Source of the DNA: an uncultured Thermodesulfovibrio sp.
GTDB taxonomy: Bacteria; Nitrospirota; Thermodesulfovibrionia; Thermodesulfovibrionales; JdFR-85
DNA: 64,000 nt
NCBI GenBank assembly: GCA_964542175.1
Contig: CAZITN010000001.1
Span: 8,891 to 72,890, forward strand
Direction: 5' to 3'
Part shown: piece after piece, positions 62,881-64,000 of the stretch
How the letters are laid out: the number at the start of each line of letters is the position of its first letter
Position numbering within the stretch: position 1 is the stretch's first letter
Position numbers and translations under genes: made by a program
The notes under the pieces: model-generated
Seen by the model: the letters and a program-made list of their open reading frames with translations, nothing else
Database searches by the model: none
What the model was told of the DNA's origin: nothing

Positions 62881-64000
62881 GGTACTCAGGGGCGGGATTA
62901 CTCCTTGTGCTCCTGTTAATCCTCCCTTCCTGCAAGAAAACAATCAAGGAGCCTTCAGTAGCAGGGGCCTTCTATCCTGCTGATCCCGCAGAACTCTCCA
63001 AGATGGTCGATGGCTATCTCAGTGCAGCAGACCCACCTCCCCTTGATGGCGAACTCATCATCCTCTTTTCTCCCCATGCTGGTTATATCTACTCCGGAGA
63101 GATTGCCGCACACACTTACAAAGCAATAAGAAACAGACACATAAAGCGGATAATCCTGATCGGCCCCAGTCATCATGCCCTGTTCAAGGGGGCATCCATC
63201 TACACAGGGGATTACTTCAAAACACCCCTCGGCCTTGTTCCTGTTGACCTTGAGATCGCTGAGTCGTTGATACACGAAGAGGCAGACTGCAGGTATTATC
63301 CCGAGGCATACACCAGGGAACACTCCCTTGAAGTACAGCTACCCTTTCTGCAGAAGAGCCTCAGTGACTTCAGTGTTGTCCAGATACTGATAGGTCAGCT
63401 CACCAGAAAATCCTTCCAGTTTCTTACGGAACGGCTCACGGAGATTCTCAGAAGAGACAGAAGCACCATGGTTATAGTGAGCACAGACCTTTCGCACTAT
63501 CACCAGTACGAGAAGGCGGTTGAGATGGATCGTGCTGTAACAGATGCCGTTACACGTCTCTCCATTGAAGACCTGGAAAGATTATTTCGGAGAAGAAAGG
63601 GGGAGATGTGCGGACGCTATCCAGCCATACTTGGACTTTCCGTGGCAAGGGCTGTTGGGGCAACCCACGGGGTTCTCCTCAAGTATGCAAACTCAGGAGA
63701 CACTGCCGGGAGAAAGGACTCGGTCGTGGGATATGCTTCAATCGCTGTCCTGAAGGCCCCCCTCAGCTCTGAGGAGAAACAGTTTCTCCTTGAACTTGCC
63801 CGCAAGACCGTAAAGGAGTATGTGACTGCCGGGAAGATACCCGAAGTGGATGTGAAGGAGGGAAGACTCCTTGCAAACGGTGCAACCTTTGTCACCCTTA
63901 AAAAGAATGGTGCCGCTCTCAGGGGCTGTATTGGTAACATTATTCCCGTCATGCCCCTGTACAAGTCAGTAATAAGAAATGCAGTCTCTGCAGCCACAAG
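62865..64000 (+). CDS. AmmeMemoRadiSam system protein B (Memo-like) fused to protein A (AMMECR1 domain); 3' end outside window; absent from ORF track
   Basis: The frame is open from 62829 to the window end. Memo motifs are AGAFYPADP, PHAGYIYSG, GPSHH and REHSLEVQLPFL. The AMMECR1 part starts around 63766 (FVTLKKNGALRGCIGN). It needs a non-ATG start (TTG 62865 or GTG 62829). The N-terminus GLLLVLLLILPSC is lipobox-like. Confidence 0.8.
   Translation, partial: MEKGLRYSGAGLLLVLLLILPSCKKTIKEPSVAGAFYPADPAELSKMVDGYLSAADPPPLDGELIILFSPHAGYIYSGEIAAHTYKAIRNRHIKRIILIGPSHHALFKGASIYTGDYFKTPLGLVPVDLEIAESLIHEEADCRYYPEAYTREHSLEVQLPFLQKSLSDFSVVQILIGQLTRKSFQFLTERLTEILRRDRSTMVIVSTDLSHYHQYEKAVEMDRAVTDAVTRLSIEDLERLFRRRKGEMCGRYPAILGLSVARAVGATHGVLLKYANSGDTAGRKDSVVGYASIAVLKAPLSSEEKQFLLELARKTVKEYVTAGKIPEVDVKEGRLLANGATFVTLKKNGAALRGCIGNIIPVMPLYKSVIRNAVSAAT

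Noticed and set aside
62752-62900. A frameshift joining the Tat-like 42-aa ORF to AmrB, giving a Tat-exported Memo protein
   Set aside because: The AmrB frame already has its own hydrophobic, lipobox-like N-terminus downstream. A fusion would carry two tandem signal-like segments, and no slippery sequence is evident.
62955-63997. Minus-strand ORFs 62955..63323 and 63617..63997
   Set aside because: They are antisense to the open AmrB-AmrA frame, which carries unmistakable Memo and AMMECR1 motifs.

Overview
This is a 64-kb chromosomal segment with dense coding and mid-range GC, and AGG/AGA/ATA-rich codon usage by eye. The gene content points to a strict or facultative anaerobe that uses hydrogenase, molybdopterin enzymes and probably selenium. 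It resembles Thermodesulfovibrionia/Nitrospirota or deltaproteobacterial anaerobes, but taxonomy cannot be proven from this window. I support about 70 protein genes, 10 of them absent from the ORF track or re-joined/re-started, plus one tRNA-Gly(CCC).

Layout:
- 1-2.0 kb: histidine kinase and sigma54 response regulator.
- 2.0-7.0 kb: isf-hypE-hypA-hypF-hypB hydrogenase maturation genes.
- 8.4-17.9 kb: a minus-strand oxygen/ROS-defence supercluster. It holds a rhodanese, a glutaredoxin-like protein, Isf, rubrerythrin, desulforedoxin, a Tat-exported SOR, a SagB-type nitroreductase, a peroxiredoxin, a 1Fe-SOR, two rubredoxins, a flavodiiron protein, a ferritin-like protein, zinc-ribbon miniproteins and a PerR-like Fur regulator.
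- 18-39 kb: housekeeping genes (trmB, GGDEF, ispE, TPR, moeA fusion, bactofilin/M23, purM, ribF, priA, nrdR, glyA, rpiB, icd-like, mdh, ndk).
- 39.1-42.9 kb: a PsrABC-type molybdopterin oxidoreductase.
- 43.2-49.0 kb: an aspartate-family block (lysC, apgM-like, thrC, NIL, ThiS/MoaD-like, second ThrC-like).
- 49.1-53.2 kb: miaB, mtaB, a CCA-enzyme family gene and the tRNA-Gly.
- 53.3-64.0 kb: MoxR-DUF58-transglutaminase, a membrane spermidine-synthase-like gene, a NosR-like FMN/FeS membrane protein and an AmmeMemoRadiSam locus.

Most notable observations:
1. A peroxiredoxin has an in-frame TGA exactly at the peroxidatic Cys, followed by a SECIS-like hairpin. It is a likely selenoprotein, shown as a truncated ORF in the track.
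2. A modular intergenic repeat family occurs 5 times.
3. A second set of long imperfect palindromes shares a G-rich end motif.
4. A pair of diverged inverted modules flanks the spermidine-synthase-like gene.
5. A ThrC-like/ThiS-like/NIL cluster suggests sulfur-carrier-dependent homocysteine synthesis.
6. The PriA homolog has degenerate helicase motifs.
7. A strongly structured 147-nt intergenic element lies between the psr operon and lysC.
8. An AmrB-AmrA fusion runs off the window end and is therefore missing from the ORF track.

No CRISPR array, integrase, transposase or recognisable defence system was seen.
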